DNA from: Elusimicrobiota bacterium
GTDB taxonomy: Bacteria; Elusimicrobiota; Elusimicrobia; UBA1565
DNA length: 64,000 bases
Direction of reading: 5' to 3'
Assembly: GCA_043827405.1 (NCBI GenBank)
Contig: JBDRPD010000003.1
Location: forward strand, 64,001-128,000
Positions within the stretch are counted from its first letter, which is position 1, and each line of letters starts with the position of its first letter. Positions 29,405-37,988 of the stretch are shown here, in pieces. The notes beneath the pieces were generated by a model that was not told the origin of the DNA, did no database searches, and was given only the letters and a program-made list of their open reading frames with translations. The position numbers were made by a program, and so were the translations under genes.

Positions 29405-30510
29405 GCGGGCTTCTCCTCTTCCCGGGGCAGCTGCAGGCGCAGCCGCACGCGTTCGGCGAATTGTCCCGGGATCGTGAGGACTTGGACATTGAGCCCTTTA
29501 TAGCCCGAGCTTTCCGAGAAGCAAATCAGGCCTTCCTGCTGGCGGGTGCGCTCGGCGATGTCGAGGGCGGCCAGGTGCTTGATCCGCGTCAGCAGCGCCC
29601 GGTACAGCGTACGCGGAAACTCCACGATGGGACGAATCTCGCGGCCGATGCGGTACTGCAGCAGGGCGGAGGCCTCTCCCGCCTCGATATAGACGTCGCG
29701 GATTTGGCGCTGCGCGGCGTCACGGAAGATGCGGTCCAGCAGATGGTTGGTGGGACGCGAGTCCTCGTCGGAATCTTCCGGGGTCCCGGCGAAATTCAAG
29801 TCGCCCAGCGTCCGGTCGCCCAAATGCGGACGGATCTCCGCCAGGATGCGGCGCAGATCCGAATAATCCTCCTGGGTCACCGTTTGCAGCAGGCAGGGCG
29901 CGGCGCCGTCAGGCGGACGGTCGTCGCCGCCCCAGGCCGCGCGCTCGGCCTCGACAACGCGCGCCAGCGCGCGCGCGGTGCGGTCCACCGCGGGGTAAAT
30001 GTCGCGCAGGCGGCGCAGGGTCGCTTTGGCGGGGGCGTCATCGAGAATGGAGGCGAAGCGGTCGCGCGCTTCGGAGGCCCATTGCGGGTAGGGGCCGTTG
30101 AGGAAATTCTCGGCCTGCCGCCGCTCGCGCAGCAAGCTTTCAGCGGCGTCGCTGCGCAGGGCCTTGTCGATGGACTGCAGCATGTCCAGCGCCAGTCCGG
30201 TTCCGGCGCGCAGGGTGGACAGTTCGTCTTCGGCGACATCGGGCACATCCTGCTCGGCCGCCGCTTCCGGCGGCTTCGGCGGTCCCGTCAGGAACTCGAC
30301 ATGGCGTACACCCTGCCCTTTCTGCAGCAGCATCTGTTCCACCGAGTACTGGATCGCCCGCAGGTCTTCCTCGGTGGTGTTGGAAAGCGGTTTATGCAGC
30401 AGCTCGACCACGCCGAAGTCGGCGTCAAAGAAATAGACCTCGATCGCCGCGCCCGAGGCTTCGATATAAGGACGCATGCGTTTGATGATATCGTCGGCGG
30501 TTTCTTTCAT
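29401..30510 (-). CDS. Protein with a C-terminal PilB/GspE N2-like domain and no ATPase domain; degenerate Nfu-like N-terminus
   Basis: IFRDAAQRQIRDVYIE...YRIG...RIKHLAALDIAERTRQQEG...TIPGQFAERVRLRL, then stop; N-terminus IIKRMRPYIEASGAAIE. Confidence 0.7.
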   Translation of the reverse strand: MKETADDIIKRMRPYIEASGAAIEVYFFDADFGVVELLHKPLSNTTEEDLRAIQYSVEQMLLQKGQGVRHVEFLTGPPKPPEAAAEQDVPDVAEDELSTLRAGTGLALDMLQSIDKALRSDAAESLLRERRQAENFLNGPYPQWASEARDRFASILDDAPAKATLRRLRDIYPAVDRTARALARVVEAERAAWGGDDRPPDGAAPCLLQTVTQEDYSDLRRILAEIRPHLGDRTLGDLNFAGTPEDSDEDSRPTNHLLDRIFRDAAQRQIRDVYIEAGEASALLQYRIGREIRPIVEFPRTLYRALLTRIKHLAALDIAERTRQQEGLICFSESSGYKGLNVQVLTIPGQFAERVRLRLQLPREEEKPA

Positions 30511-30650
30511 GACTCGGCGCACAACGGGGGTCCGGAGTACGGAAGGTCAGCTGAATCTAGTGTATGCGGTATTCGCGGCGCGCGCAAGGCCCACCGGGGG
30601 TGACCAATGACGGGTGGCGGGAAATCGCGGGCCGAGCTATGATATCGGGC

Positions 30651-31532
30651 ATGGTTATCGATTTCGCGGCCGTTTGCGACGTCGGCCCGGTGCGCAGCGA
30701 GAATCAGGATCGCTACGTGGTCTCGGATTTTGCGATTACGTTTACCGCTACCCAAAGCAGCAAGCTCCGTATCGGCGAGCAATCCGACGAAGTGCTCCTG
30801 GCCGTGGCCGACGGCATGGGCGGAGTCGCCGGCGGCGCGCAGGCCGCGGAGGTCGCGCTCGAGACGATCGCGGCGGACTATATCGAATATGCCGATACCC
30901 GCAGCACCCAGGACGCGCTGTCGGGCGCGATCGAGGCGGCGCATCACGCCGTCCGCGACCGCGCTGATGAACAAGGCCTGACGGGCATGGGGACTACCGC
31001 CACGGTCGTTCTGCTGCGGGGCGACATGCTGTATCTGGCGCATGTTGGGGACTCGCGCGCCTACTTGTACCGCGGCCGCGAGCTGGTTCGGCTGACGACC
31101 GATCACGGCTATTGGTCGAAGCTGCGCGGCTACGATGGAGACGACGTCCGGAACCTGGCGGGAGGCAATGTCCTGGCGCAGTGCGTCGGCGGCATCGCCG
31201 AAAGCGTCCTGGTGGAGGTGTCCCAGGTCGAGCTTTGCCGCGGCGACCGGCTGCTGCTGTGCTCGGACGGCCTGCACGGCGTAGTCGACCAGGACGATAT
31301 TCGCCGTCGTATGGCGGGCGGGGGTCCGTCGTGGACGGCCGGCGCGCTGCACATGGCGGCGCTCGCCGCCGCGACCCAGGACAACGTGACCGCCGTGGTC
31401 GCCCACCTGATCGATGAGGAGCTGCCGGAAGCCGCGGAGGGGGAGACGATCCGCCTCGAGCCCGTGGTCGAGGTGGTCTACGATAAAAAGACGCACAACT
31501 TGGTCCGCCGGATCGTCTCGGGCGTGGACTAA
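30651..31532 (+). CDS. PP2C/PrpC-family Ser/Thr protein phosphatase
   Basis: DVGPVRSENQD, VADGMGG, GMGTT, HVGDSRAY, LLCSDGL, DNVT. Confidence 0.93.
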   Translation: MVIDFAAVCDVGPVRSENQDRYVVSDFAITFTATQSSKLRIGEQSDEVLLAVADGMGGVAGGAQAAEVALETIAADYIEYADTRSTQDALSGAIEAAHHAVRDRADEQGLTGMGTTATVVLLRGDMLYLAHVGDSRAYLYRGRELVRLTTDHGYWSKLRGYDGDDVRNLAGGNVLAQCVGGIAESVLVEVSQVELCRGDRLLLCSDGLHGVVDQDDIRRRMAGGGPSWTAGALHMAALAAATQDNVTAVVAHLIDEELPEAAEGETIRLEPVVEVVYDKKTHNLVRRIVSGVD

Positions 31533-31545
31533 AGCCGGTGCGGCG

Positions 31546-31569
31546 GCAACTGTTGCCGGCAACAGTTGC
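31546..31569. repeat. Perfect 24-bp nested palindrome
   Basis: GCAACTGTTGCCGGCAACAGTTGC equals its own reverse complement; each half is GCAAC-W-GTTGC. Confidence 0.7.
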
Positions 31570-31622
31570 TAAAAAACCGCTCCGCGCGCATATTTCCCGC
31601 GAAGGTTTGATAAGATAGGTCC

Positions 31623-32486
31623 GTGAGCGAGGACAAGCCCGCCGGAATCTGGGTCCGCTACGTGGCGCATTGCATTGATGTCGCCGTTTTCGCGCTGGTC
31701 TGCGCCGCCGCCTTCTTCTTTCTCGGCCTGCTCCAATACCTGTTCGGTTTCGGCGACGCGCTGGCGGGCTTCCTGTTTCTCGCCGTCTGCGCCCTTCTAT
31801 GGGGCATCAACTGGATCTACTATTTCCTCTGGCACTGGAACGGCGGGCAGACCCTCGGCAAGCGCTGGCTCGGGCTCATGGTCGTGGGCGATGCGCATCC
31901 TTTGCTCGACTTTCGCCAGGCCAACCGGCGCTGGCTCGCCTATCATCTAACCTATTTGACCCTGGGTATCGGCTTCATCGCCGCCGCCTTCCGTGACGGC
32001 AAGCGCGCCCTGCACGACGGTTTCGCCGGCACCCGGGTGATCCATGTCGACCCCCGCCGGATTTGGCTCGAGATTCTCGCCGTGCTTCTGCTGGGCCTGC
32101 TGCCGCTGCTGATGCCGCTGATGATCGTCAATACGGCGTGGTCGACTTATAAGTACTACTTCACGGTGCAGCCCGATCTCGTCGAGATCGCGGCGCGCAA
32201 CTCGCTGGGGGCGCTGCGGGAGTCCGTCTACCGCTACCGGCTGGATACCGGGGCCTTTCCCCCGCAGCTCGACGCCCAAACCTTTCAGGGCAAGGACGGC
32301 TATGTGGAAGTTATCCCGCCGTTGGACCTTTCACATCATGGGCACGCGGTCGACAACAGTGTAGTGCGCGGGCCGCGGGTGATTGAAGACAGCGGCCGCT
32401 GGGTTTACGATCCCGAAAGAGGGCAGGTCTTTATCGACTGCTCTCATACCGACATAAACGGCGCCACCATTTACAACGGCTGGTAG
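31623..32486 (+). CDS. RDD-family membrane protein fused to a CTHTD-family pilin-like domain
   Basis: RDD motifs RYVAHCID, GQTLGKRWLGL, RALHDGFAGTRV; C-terminal SLGALRESVYRY...DSGRWVY...VFIDCSHTD. Confidence 0.82.
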   Translation: MSEDKPAGIWVRYVAHCIDVAVFALVCAAAFFFLGLLQYLFGFGDALAGFLFLAVCALLWGINWIYYFLWHWNGGQTLGKRWLGLMVVGDAHPLLDFRQANRRWLAYHLTYLTLGIGFIAAAFRDGKRALHDGFAGTRVIHVDPRRIWLEILAVLLLGLLPLLMPLMIVNTAWSTYKYYFTVQPDLVEIAARNSLGALRESVYRYRLDTGAFPPQLDAQTFQGKDGYVEVIPPLDLSHHGHAVDNSVVRGPRVIEDSGRWVYDPERGQVFIDCSHTDINGATIYNGW

Positions 32487-32495
32487 GCGTTCCCC

Positions 32496-33038
32496 TCAGG
32501 TCTTCAGCTGGAAGGTCTTTTTCGCGTGCGCGAAATCGGCGCGGTATTTCTCGAACACCTTGCTGTTGGCGCGATATTCGAGCACGAAGTAGGCGGCGGG
32601 CGCGTCGATGACGACCCCCTCGGCGCGCATGGGGATGCTGAGGTCTTCGATCTGGTATTGGTACTCGGTTACATAGACGCGCGCCTCGAAGCCCGCGAAC
32701 TTCGCCGGTTCGACGCCCGGGAGCTTGGTCGTGAACAGGGCCCGCTCCAAATCGGAGCGGTCTGCGCCTTTCTTTACCCGGGTTAGCGAGATATAGGCGC
32801 CGAGGATGACGCCCTCGTGCTGGGGGAGGCTCTCGGCGATAAAGCGCGTGAAGGCGGGGCCGTTGGGCGCGCCGCCCAGGCCGTTCCAGCGGGCGCCGAA
32901 CTGCCGCCAATCCTTCGGCACTTCGAGGCTCAGGTTCTCCTCCGCAACGCGGTAGCCCGCGTACTCCGAGCCGGCGGGCTTGGCGCAGCCGCTGAAGAGG
33001 AAAGTGCCGAGCAGCGCCGGCAGGATCAGCCTTCGCAT
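32496..33038 (-). CDS. Hypothetical lipoprotein (possibly PsbP/DcrB-like fold)
   Basis: Lipobox FSGC after MRRLILPALL; SLEVPKDW motif. Confidence 0.62.
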   Translation of the reverse strand: MRRLILPALLGTFLFSGCAKPAGSEYAGYRVAEENLSLEVPKDWRQFGARWNGLGGAPNGPAFTRFIAESLPQHEGVILGAYISLTRVKKGADRSDLERALFTTKLPGVEPAKFAGFEARVYVTEYQYQIEDLSIPMRAEGVVIDAPAAYFVLEYRANSKVFEKYRADFAHAKKTFQLKT

Positions 33039-33051
33039 GGTCAAAGGATAC

Positions 33052-33954
33052 CTATTTCTTCATCGTCCCGAGCCTTATTCCCAGCTGTTCGAGCCGGTCT
33101 TTGGCTTCTAGCCGCGCGAGCTGCCTGGGCGGGAGCGCGCCGGCGCCGTTGCGCGCCCCCCACAAGCCGCCCGCCATGGCGCCGATGGTGTCGGTATCGC
33201 CGCCGAGCGAAATGACAAACTCCATCATGGCGGCGAAGTCGTCGTGATGCCGGCAGAAGGCGTAGACGGCGGTGACCGCTGATTCGTGGGCCCGGACCGA
33301 ACTGCCGAGCTCTCCGCGGACCGCCGCCGGCTCCGGCGCTCCGTCAAGAAGTTCGCCGGCGCGCGCCAGCCGGCGGCGATACTCCTCGTGTCCGGCCCGG
33401 GTGAGAAGTTCGGCGATAAAGTTCCGGGCGCTGAACGGTTCGCACAGGGCGAGCGCCGTCGCCCGCGCGATGAGGACCCCGCCCTCGACGCCGAGCGGGT
33501 GGGTATGGGTGATGGCGGCGGCCTCGGCGGCCGCGCGCTCCAGGGCCGCCGCGTCGCGGCGATAAAATAGTCCGAGCGGGGCCGCCCGCATGGCCGCGCC
33601 GTTGCCGAAAGATCCGTCGGGGAAGACATTTTTATTGGCGTTCCGCCAGTCGGCTCCGCCGCGGATCAGCTTGAGCATCTTGGCCGCGCCCGGTCCGTAG
33701 CCGCGCGACCATTCCATGGCCGCGGCCCAGCTCGCGGCCAGGCGGTCGGCGTCGAGTCCGGCGTTCTCGAGCAGCGATTCGGCCAACACCATGGCCATCT
33801 GGGTGTCGTCGGTCCAGCGCAGGTCCTCGCCGGAGACGGCCACGATCGCCTTCCAGGCGGCGCGCTCCATGAGGCTTCCTTCGTAGGGGGCGCCCAAGGC
33901 GTCCCCGAGCGCCAGGCCGAGCATAGCGCCGGCGCAGCGTCGCGGGATATCCAT
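33052..33954 (-). CDS. ADP-ribosylglycohydrolase (DraG/ARH family)
   Basis: GLALGDALGAPYE, WTDDTQM, GNGAAMRAAP, GGDTDTIGAMAGG. Confidence 0.95.
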   Translation of the reverse strand: MDIPRRCAGAMLGLALGDALGAPYEGSLMERAAWKAIVAVSGEDLRWTDDTQMAMVLAESLLENAGLDADRLAASWAAAMEWSRGYGPGAAKMLKLIRGGADWRNANKNVFPDGSFGNGAAMRAAPLGLFYRRDAAALERAAAEAAAITHTHPLGVEGGVLIARATALALCEPFSARNFIAELLTRAGHEEYRRRLARAGELLDGAPEPAAVRGELGSSVRAHESAVTAVYAFCRHHDDFAAMMEFVISLGGDTDTIGAMAGGLWGARNGAGALPPRQLARLEAKDRLEQLGIRLGTMKK

Positions 33955-33966
33955 GCGGGTGGAGTG

Positions 33967-34293
33967 CTACTTAAGGATGGCCAGCCAGTCTTTGAACAGC
34001 TCGGCCGACATGCGCGCGCCGGCCTGTTCCTGGTTCTCGCGTTCCTCGGCCGTGAAGTTGTTCATGAGGAAGCTTTCCCACTGGGTGCTCACGTCGTCGG
34101 CGATCTTGAAGGCTTTCTGGGTGAGCGGATCGGCCTTCTCGCGCTGCTTGCCCTCGGCGTGCTCCCACCAGAAACGGTAGCACCAATGGACGATCGCCTC
34201 ATGTGAGTGCTTCGACTTCGCCTTGGCCCCTTCCGTGAGGACCTTCTTGAAGTTTTTTACGTTGAGCGGCAGTTTAATCTCGTCGTCCGGCAT
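33967..34293 (-). CDS. Hypothetical protein
   Basis: Likely ATG 34293 (MPDDEIKLPL...); same strand as, and 12 bp upstream of, the ARH gene. Confidence 0.62.
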   Translation of the reverse strand: MPDDEIKLPLNVKNFKKVLTEGAKAKSKHSHEAIVHWCYRFWWEHAEGKQREKADPLTQKAFKIADDVSTQWESFLMNNFTAEERENQEQAGARMSAELFKDWLAILK

Positions 34294-34410
34294 GGGCGTG
34301 AAACGATTCCTCCCGGGATTTGTCAGCATTGGTGTATAAATTTGCGAGCAATAATTCAACTACCTTGCCGCAAATCCGTCGTTTGAGTACAGTATTACTA
34401 GTGACGGCAG

Positions 34411-35532
34411 ATGAGTGTTGAGATCCATTATTACGACGACGCCCCGGCCTGGAAGATCCTGGCTTCCGACCCCGCCCGCTTCAAAGGCGTCAATTATGAT
34501 TTGGAGATCAAGCTCTTCCGCCTGCCCGAAGGGGGGTTGGTCGGCGTCTGGCTGCGCCTGTACGATGTCCCGGACCAGCCGTTCTTTCTGCACCGGGTGC
34601 TTGATCCATCCGACGCGACGATCGGGGCTTATCTGGACGCGCTCGGCAAGACCGGCAAGCTGATGCTTATCTTTGAAAGCCCGGGCGAGCAGGAAGGATT
34701 TGTCGTCGAGCTGCCGGTCGATTCCCGCGGTCTCCGCGAGGTCCTCGCGGGCGCGCGCTCGCACAACGAGGCGTTGGGCGAGACGGCGCACGGCGAAAAT
34801 GCCGTAGCGGAATTCCTGAAGATCTTCAGCCCCGCGCTGAAGGAGGAGAAGAGCGTGGCGGCGGCCTGGGAGAGGGTGCGTCAAGAGCGGCCCTATGTCC
34901 CGCCGGCGCCGCCGCCGGAGGCTCCGGCGGTAAGCACTTGGGGGGGAATCGTGAAGCTGCTCCTGGGGGCCGTCCTCTGCATCGGGGGGAACTTCTTCTT
35001 CCGATCGCTGACGCCGCTGGCGGACAACGCGGCCCTCGAGAATAAGGTCGTTCGTCCCGGCTATGCGGTCAAGATTTACCTCGGCAAGAGCCTGCGCTCG
35101 ATCGGCGGCCGCTGGAGCGGCGAGGCGCCGGTGTTTACGGTCGAGGAGGGAGAGCAGAGCTTCATCGATTCGGTGAAGACGCATTCCGACAGCTGGGAAG
35201 GGCGGCTGACCGAGATGCATGAGCGCAAAAGCGACCCGCCCGCGTTCAGACCCTATATCGAGGTGCGCCTTAAGGACACCCCGGACCTCTCCGGCAAAAC
35301 TCTCAACGGTACCGCCTCTTTGCGCGGAGTCTATCCGGTATTCTCCGGCGTCGTCTACAAGGAGATGTCGGGCACCTGGAGTAAAAAAGTTTCGTTTACC
35401 GTATTCACTTTTCCGCAGTTCCTTCTCGCGCGAGCGGCGCCGGTGCTGCTGACGGCGGGGATATTCCTGGTGGTGCTGACCTTGCTGGCGGTTTACGGCC
35501 GGCTGAAGGAAGAGTCTAATCCAGACGAATGA
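34411..35532 (+). CDS. Membrane protein with an N-terminal domain paralogous to 28547-29404
   Basis: PARFKGVNY...LFRLPEGGLVG...LYDVPDQPFFLHRVLDPSD; two TM segments flank an extracytoplasmic region. Confidence 0.75.
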   Translation: MSVEIHYYDDAPAWKILASDPARFKGVNYDLEIKLFRLPEGGLVGVWLRLYDVPDQPFFLHRVLDPSDATIGAYLDALGKTGKLMLIFESPGEQEGFVVELPVDSRGLREVLAGARSHNEALGETAHGENAVAEFLKIFSPALKEEKSVAAAWERVRQERPYVPPAPPPEAPAVSTWGGIVKLLLGAVLCIGGNFFFRSLTPLADNAALENKVVRPGYAVKIYLGKSLRSIGGRWSGEAPVFTVEEGEQSFIDSVKTHSDSWEGRLTEMHERKSDPPAFRPYIEVRLKDTPDLSGKTLNGTASLRGVYPVFSGVVYKEMSGTWSKKVSFTVFTFPQFLLARAAPVLLTAGIFLVVLTLLAVYGRLKEESNPDE

Positions 35533-36436
35533 GGGCTTTTTCCCGGTAGGGAGTCGGCGTCGTCGACAGGCTGATCTTCCGGCCGACCAAGGCGGGCGAG
35601 GGGATCTTGCCGATACGGCCGTCCTGCGCGTCCTCGTGATTGGCGATATCCAGGTCGGCTAGAATCTTGAGCCGGATCACCGCGACCTTGGTCACTTCGG
35701 GCGGCACTTCGAAAAAGGGCGTGAATTCCTCCTCGTCTCCGATGCGGTACTGGATCAGACCGCGCCAGGGTCCGGGCACAATCTCAATCTCGCTGACGCC
35801 GCGGACAGCGGCGTCGGCCAGCAGCGCATCGACGAAATCCACGATCGGCATGTCGGCTTGGTCTTCGCTGCCTTCTTCCTCCTCCCGGCACTTGACGTTG
35901 TCGTCCAGCCGTGTCGACAGTTCGGCCTCAAAGCCCTGGATGGCGTTGCAGTCCTCGAAAGTTACCTGGAAGTGAAAGGTCTTTTTCTCGGCGAGATCGG
36001 CGTGCCGCAGCAGCTCCTCGATATCGGGGTCTCCCAGCGCGGGCCTAAGGCTGTCGGCGAGCTGCTTAAGCTCGCGGAGCAGGGGACGGTAGTCCGTGAG
36101 GGAATCCTCGAGCCATACAAAGTCCTCGAGGTCCCAATAGTCGATGGTCTTGAGGGCTACGTCCTTGCCGGCGCAGTACTCGTACTGGCACAGCCGCACC
36201 AGGGCGCGCATGATGCGATCGATGTGGAGATAGGCGGTCTTGAGGTCCGCAAGTTGATCGCTTTCCGCTTTTGCGGCCGCGAGTTTATACCAGTCATCGT
36301 AGGGCCCGGCCAAAAAAAGCTGACCCTGCTCGGCCTCGAAGCCGCCGTTGGTGATGTCCCGGTTGACGTAGGCCATCAGCGTCTTCACGTTGCCGAGAAT
36401 AAATTCCAGGCCGGCCTGCAGCTTGGCGTTGGACAT
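35516..36436 (-). CDS. Second protein ending in a PilB/GspE N2-like domain with no ATPase domain
   Basis: FVDALLADAAVRGVSEIEI.P...YRIG...RLKILADLDIANHEDAQDGRI...LSTTPTPYREKALIRLD-stop. Confidence 0.72.
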   Translation of the reverse strand: MSNAKLQAGLEFILGNVKTLMAYVNRDITNGGFEAEQGQLFLAGPYDDWYKLAAAKAESDQLADLKTAYLHIDRIMRALVRLCQYEYCAGKDVALKTIDYWDLEDFVWLEDSLTDYRPLLRELKQLADSLRPALGDPDIEELLRHADLAEKKTFHFQVTFEDCNAIQGFEAELSTRLDDNVKCREEEEGSEDQADMPIVDFVDALLADAAVRGVSEIEIVPGPWRGLIQYRIGDEEEFTPFFEVPPEVTKVAVIRLKILADLDIANHEDAQDGRIGKIPSPALVGRKISLSTTPTPYREKALIRLD

Positions 36437-36474
36437 GTCCGCTAAGTTTAAGTGGAAAACGCGGTCTTTTCAAG

Positions 36475-36559
36475 TTTAGATAAGGTGCCAGGCAGGTTAT
36501 CTAAAGCTAGTACTAACTCAGCCTGATCTCTTCAGATAACCTGCCTGGCACCTTATCTG
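36475..36559. repeat. Inverted doublet of the 23-bp REP-like repeat (REPIN-like)
   Basis: GATAAGGTGCCAGGCAGGTTATC (36479-36501) and its exact reverse complement (36535-36557), separated by an AT-richer spacer. Confidence 0.85.
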
Positions 36560-36582
36560 GGCAAATTGGTAGAATAGCGCCG

Positions 36583-37536
36583 ATGTTGGCCATTCCTGCC
36601 GTCGACGAATCCCTGGAACGCGTACGCGAAGGGTTGGAGCGCCGAGTCGTCACCCTCGGGGGACGCGTCGGCGATCATTTGGCCGAATATATCGGCCGCC
36701 CGGGCAAGATGCTGCGCGCGCGTTATACTTTGCTGCTGGGCGCCGCGCTGGGCGCGGACCAGGGCTTGTGCGAGAAAGTCGCCCGCGCCGTGGAACTGGT
36801 GCACAACGCCTCGCTGCTGCACGATGACTGCATCGACGAGGCCCTGCTGCGCCGCGGAGTGCCGACCCCTAACGCCCGCTTCGGCGACCGCACCGGCATC
36901 CTGCTGGGCGACCTGGCCTTCACCGAGGGGATGGCGGAGGCGGCCGCGGTCTCTCCCCAGGCGGTGGCCGAACTGGTGCGGGCCGTGCGTGAGATGACGG
37001 TGGGCGAGCTTCAGGAGGAGTACCTCTGCGGCAGCCTCAACGTCTCGCTGGAAGGCTACTACGGCGTCGCCGTGCGCAAGACCGCGGCGCTTTTTGACTG
37101 GGCGGGGCGCGCCCTGTCGGGTTGCTCGCCGCTTGAACATGACCGGGAGAACCCGGCCAAGCTCGGCCGCTCGGCCGGCATCCTGCTGCAGATCATCGAC
37201 GACATTCATGACTACACCCTGGATGAGGATACCGCGGGCAAGGATCCCGGCCAGGATTTCGCCAACGGCCGGCTGACTTTACCGGCGATCCTGGCCTTGG
37301 ACGACGAGGAGACGCGTCCGCGCTTTCTGGAACTGTGGCAGAGCCGGGCGCGCGACCCGGAGGCCTTCGACAAGGCGCTCGCGCTGCTGCAGGAACGCGG
37401 CCATCTCGAAGCGGCGCGCGGCATCGCGCGCGAGATCATGGAGGGCATGATCCCCATGGCGGAAGCGCTGCCCGAGCGCGAGGCGGCCGGCCGGATGAAG
37501 GAATTTTTGCAGCTGCTGTTCGCGCGGGAGTTCTGA
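36583..37536 (+). CDS. Trans-polyprenyl diphosphate synthase (long-chain type)
   Basis: GKMLRA, FARM NASLLHDDCIDEALLRRG, KTA, SARM QIIDDIHD, GKDPGQD. Small residues before FARM are typical of long-chain enzymes. Confidence 0.92.
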   Translation: MLAIPAVDESLERVREGLERRVVTLGGRVGDHLAEYIGRPGKMLRARYTLLLGAALGADQGLCEKVARAVELVHNASLLHDDCIDEALLRRGVPTPNARFGDRTGILLGDLAFTEGMAEAAAVSPQAVAELVRAVREMTVGELQEEYLCGSLNVSLEGYYGVAVRKTAALFDWAGRALSGCSPLEHDRENPAKLGRSAGILLQIIDDIHDYTLDEDTAGKDPGQDFANGRLTLPAILALDDEETRPRFLELWQSRARDPEAFDKALALLQERGHLEAARGIAREIMEGMIPMAEALPEREAAGRMKEFLQLLFAREF

Positions 37537-37988
37537 TGGGGTCCCGCTACCAGAAGTTGGTGCGCAATGCCTGGAAGTCGGGCCAGTACAAGGCGGAGAC
37601 CGGCGGCGCCGAAGACGGCGGCGGCGGCGACGCCGCGAACCTGCGGACCCTGCTGCGCTCGAGAATGGAGTGGATCGTGGAGCGTGAGGCGTACGAATTC
37701 AAGGGGGCCGAGCTTCAGCCCAAGGAGAAACCTGCGATGAAATTGGCGCAATATGTGAAGTACCGCGAAGAGAAGTTCGGCGGCGTGCTCTTTGAGACCC
37801 GTTCGGAGAAGGTGTTCACTTTGAGCCCGACCGGTTCGGCGATCGTCAAGGAGATCGTGGCCGGCGGCACCAGCGAGGAGATCGCCTCGCGCCTGAAGGA
37901 TAAGTACCAGGATAAAAACAGCGCGATCGAGAAAGAGGTCGCCGAATTTATCGGCTCGCTGAAGGAAAAAGGCCTGGTCACCGAGTAA
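37536..37988 (+). CDS. PqqD-family RiPP recognition element (MftB/PqqD-like), with a possible 67-aa N-terminal extension
   Basis: MKLAQYVKYREEKFGGVLFETRSEKVFTLSPTGSAIVKEI...EEIASRLKDKY...EVAEFIGSLKEKGLV matches the PqqD pattern. Alternative start at 37737 has an AAGGAG RBS; ATG 37536 is coupled to the upstream stop (TGATG). Confidence 0.85.
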   Translation: MGSRYQKLVRNAWKSGQYKAETGGAEDGGGGDAANLRTLLRSRMEWIVEREAYEFKGAELQPKEKPAMKLAQYVKYREEKFGGVLFETRSEKVFTLSPTGSAIVKEIVAGGTSEEIASRLKDKYQDKNSAIEKEVAEFIGSLKEKGLVTE

